Part shown: piece by piece, positions 62,272 to 63,008 of the stretch
Layout: each line of letters starts with the position of its first letter
Numbering within the stretch: the first letter of the stretch is position 1
NCBI GenBank assembly: GCA_947576095.1
Contig: CANPPW010000003.1
Location: 1-63,008, forward strand
Source: an uncultured Mycoplasmatota bacterium
Lineage (GTDB): Bacteria > Bacillota_I > Bacilli_A > RF39 > UBA660
DNA: 63,008 nt
Direction of reading: 5' to 3'
Made by a program: the position numbers and the translations under genes
Notes under the pieces: model-generated
Database searches by the model: none
Seen by the model: the letters and a program-made list of their open reading frames with translations, nothing else
What the model was told of the DNA's origin: nothing

Positions 62272-62718
62272 ATGAAAGAAGCGGTTGGAAATACATTCAT
62301 TCTTTCTATTATGATAACATTTGTTGTTATTTTTATCATTCTTTTTGCTGGATCTACAAGTTATACAAAAGCATATAAAGTGAAAAATAGAATTATAGAT
62401 ATCATTGAAAATAATGAAGACGTAAAAGATAATAAAGGTATTAGTGATAGTACTTTTACGGAAATCAATCAATTTTTATCAGAAACAGGATATAAAATAG
62501 GAAATCCTAATAAAAGTACATGCAAAAGTCATGGTGGAAATCTAGTATCCAATCATAATAATCGGTATAGATACTGTATAGAAAGATTTGAGACAGATCG
62601 TGGACCTTATTATGGAGTGACAGCCTATATGTATTTAGAACTCCCTGTAATTTCATCTTTAATAGAAGTTCCTGTTTATGGAGAGACAAAAATATTAGGA
62701 CAATTAAAGGCAGATTAA
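62272..62718 (+). CDS. TadE/pseudopilin-like protein, paralog 2
   Basis: 148 aa. Starts MKEAVG, then a hydrophobic helix. Collinear with the previous gene, including two conserved Cys. Confidence 0.6.
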   Translation: MKEAVGNTFILSIMITFVVIFIILFAGSTSYTKAYKVKNRIIDIIENNEDVKDNKGISDSTFTEINQFLSETGYKIGNPNKSTCKSHGGNLVSNHNNRYRYCIERFETDRGPYYGVTAYMYLELPVISSLIEVPVYGETKILGQLKAD

Positions 62719-62796
62719 ATATATTAATATTTTAGAAAATTGATATTTAAAAGAAAATAAAAAGAACGAGAACATATATTTTATTAGGTGATATAA

Positions 62797-62970
62797 ATGC
62801 TAAAATATAAAATATGTGTTTTTTTAGTACTTTTATTGTGTCTAAGTTCTTTTTATTATGTAGAAGGGAAGGAGCGAGCGTTACCTTTGTTTGGAAAAGT
62901 GCTCTATATTGACCCTGGTCACCCGAGTTTGTATAAACCCAATGTAATAAGTATGAGTTGTAGCAAATGA
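62797..62970 (+). pseudogene. Truncated amidase_3 (CwlD-like) gene fragment
   Basis: A signal peptide is followed by GKVLYIDPGH. The expected GG.D.G does not follow: the sequence becomes unrelated after about 62922 and stops at 62970. Confidence 0.4.
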
Positions 62971-63008
62971 TAATCTATATAATTTAATAATAATTACACT
63001 AAGATACT

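Noticed and set aside
61993-62472. 159-aa minus-strand ORF spanning the two pseudopilin-like genes
   Set aside because: It is antisense to two collinear paralogous plus-strand genes that have RBSs. Its composition is I/F/N/K-rich and it has no start context.
1-63008. Looked for tRNA, rRNA, tmRNA or RNase P RNA in all intergenic gaps over 150 bp
   Set aside because: No T-loop (GGTTCGAATCC-like) or acceptor-stem pairings were seen, and no GC-rich structured segments. The gaps are uniformly AT-rich.

Overview
Very AT-rich Bacillota-type chromosome segment using the standard code (TGA is a stop at the ATGA gene junctions 11295-11298 and 36919-36922). It spans the replication origin. Left of oriC, on the minus strand, lie gyrA-gyrB-recF-comK-dnaN-dnaA. 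DnaA-box clusters flank dnaA on both sides. To the right, almost everything is on the plus strand: rpmH-rnpA-yidC-jag-HD-mnmE-mnmG-rsmG-parB, then uvrB, lgt, trxB, yvcK, whiA, rsmA, ung, tilS, ftsH and others. I recognised no rRNA, tRNA or CRISPR. Five things stand out. (1) The window opens inside a perfect 64-bp tandem repeat (7 copies). Every unit carries a full match to the chromosomal parS consensus, and I spotted no other parS-like site by eye in the window. The only ParB here has a ~420-aa low-complexity insertion before a short C-terminal segment, and no parA lies beside it. (2) An IS-scarred islet (37.7-42.7 kb) holds an orphan two-gene cassette: a CobS/MoxR-type AAA+ ATPase with an unusual N-terminal domain, plus a tightly coupled uncharacterised partner. 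(3) A ten-gene Tad/CpaF-like filament or secretion operon (52.5-62.7 kb) has no recognisable Flp pilin, prepilin peptidase or TadZ. It does carry novel secreted Cys-rich proteins. (4) A gene graveyard (19.3-30 kb) contains single-lesion pseudogenes and a decayed duplicate of the uvrB 5' end. (5) An O-antigen-ligase/Alg14 fusion gene. All homology calls are by-eye motif recognition and no searches were run.
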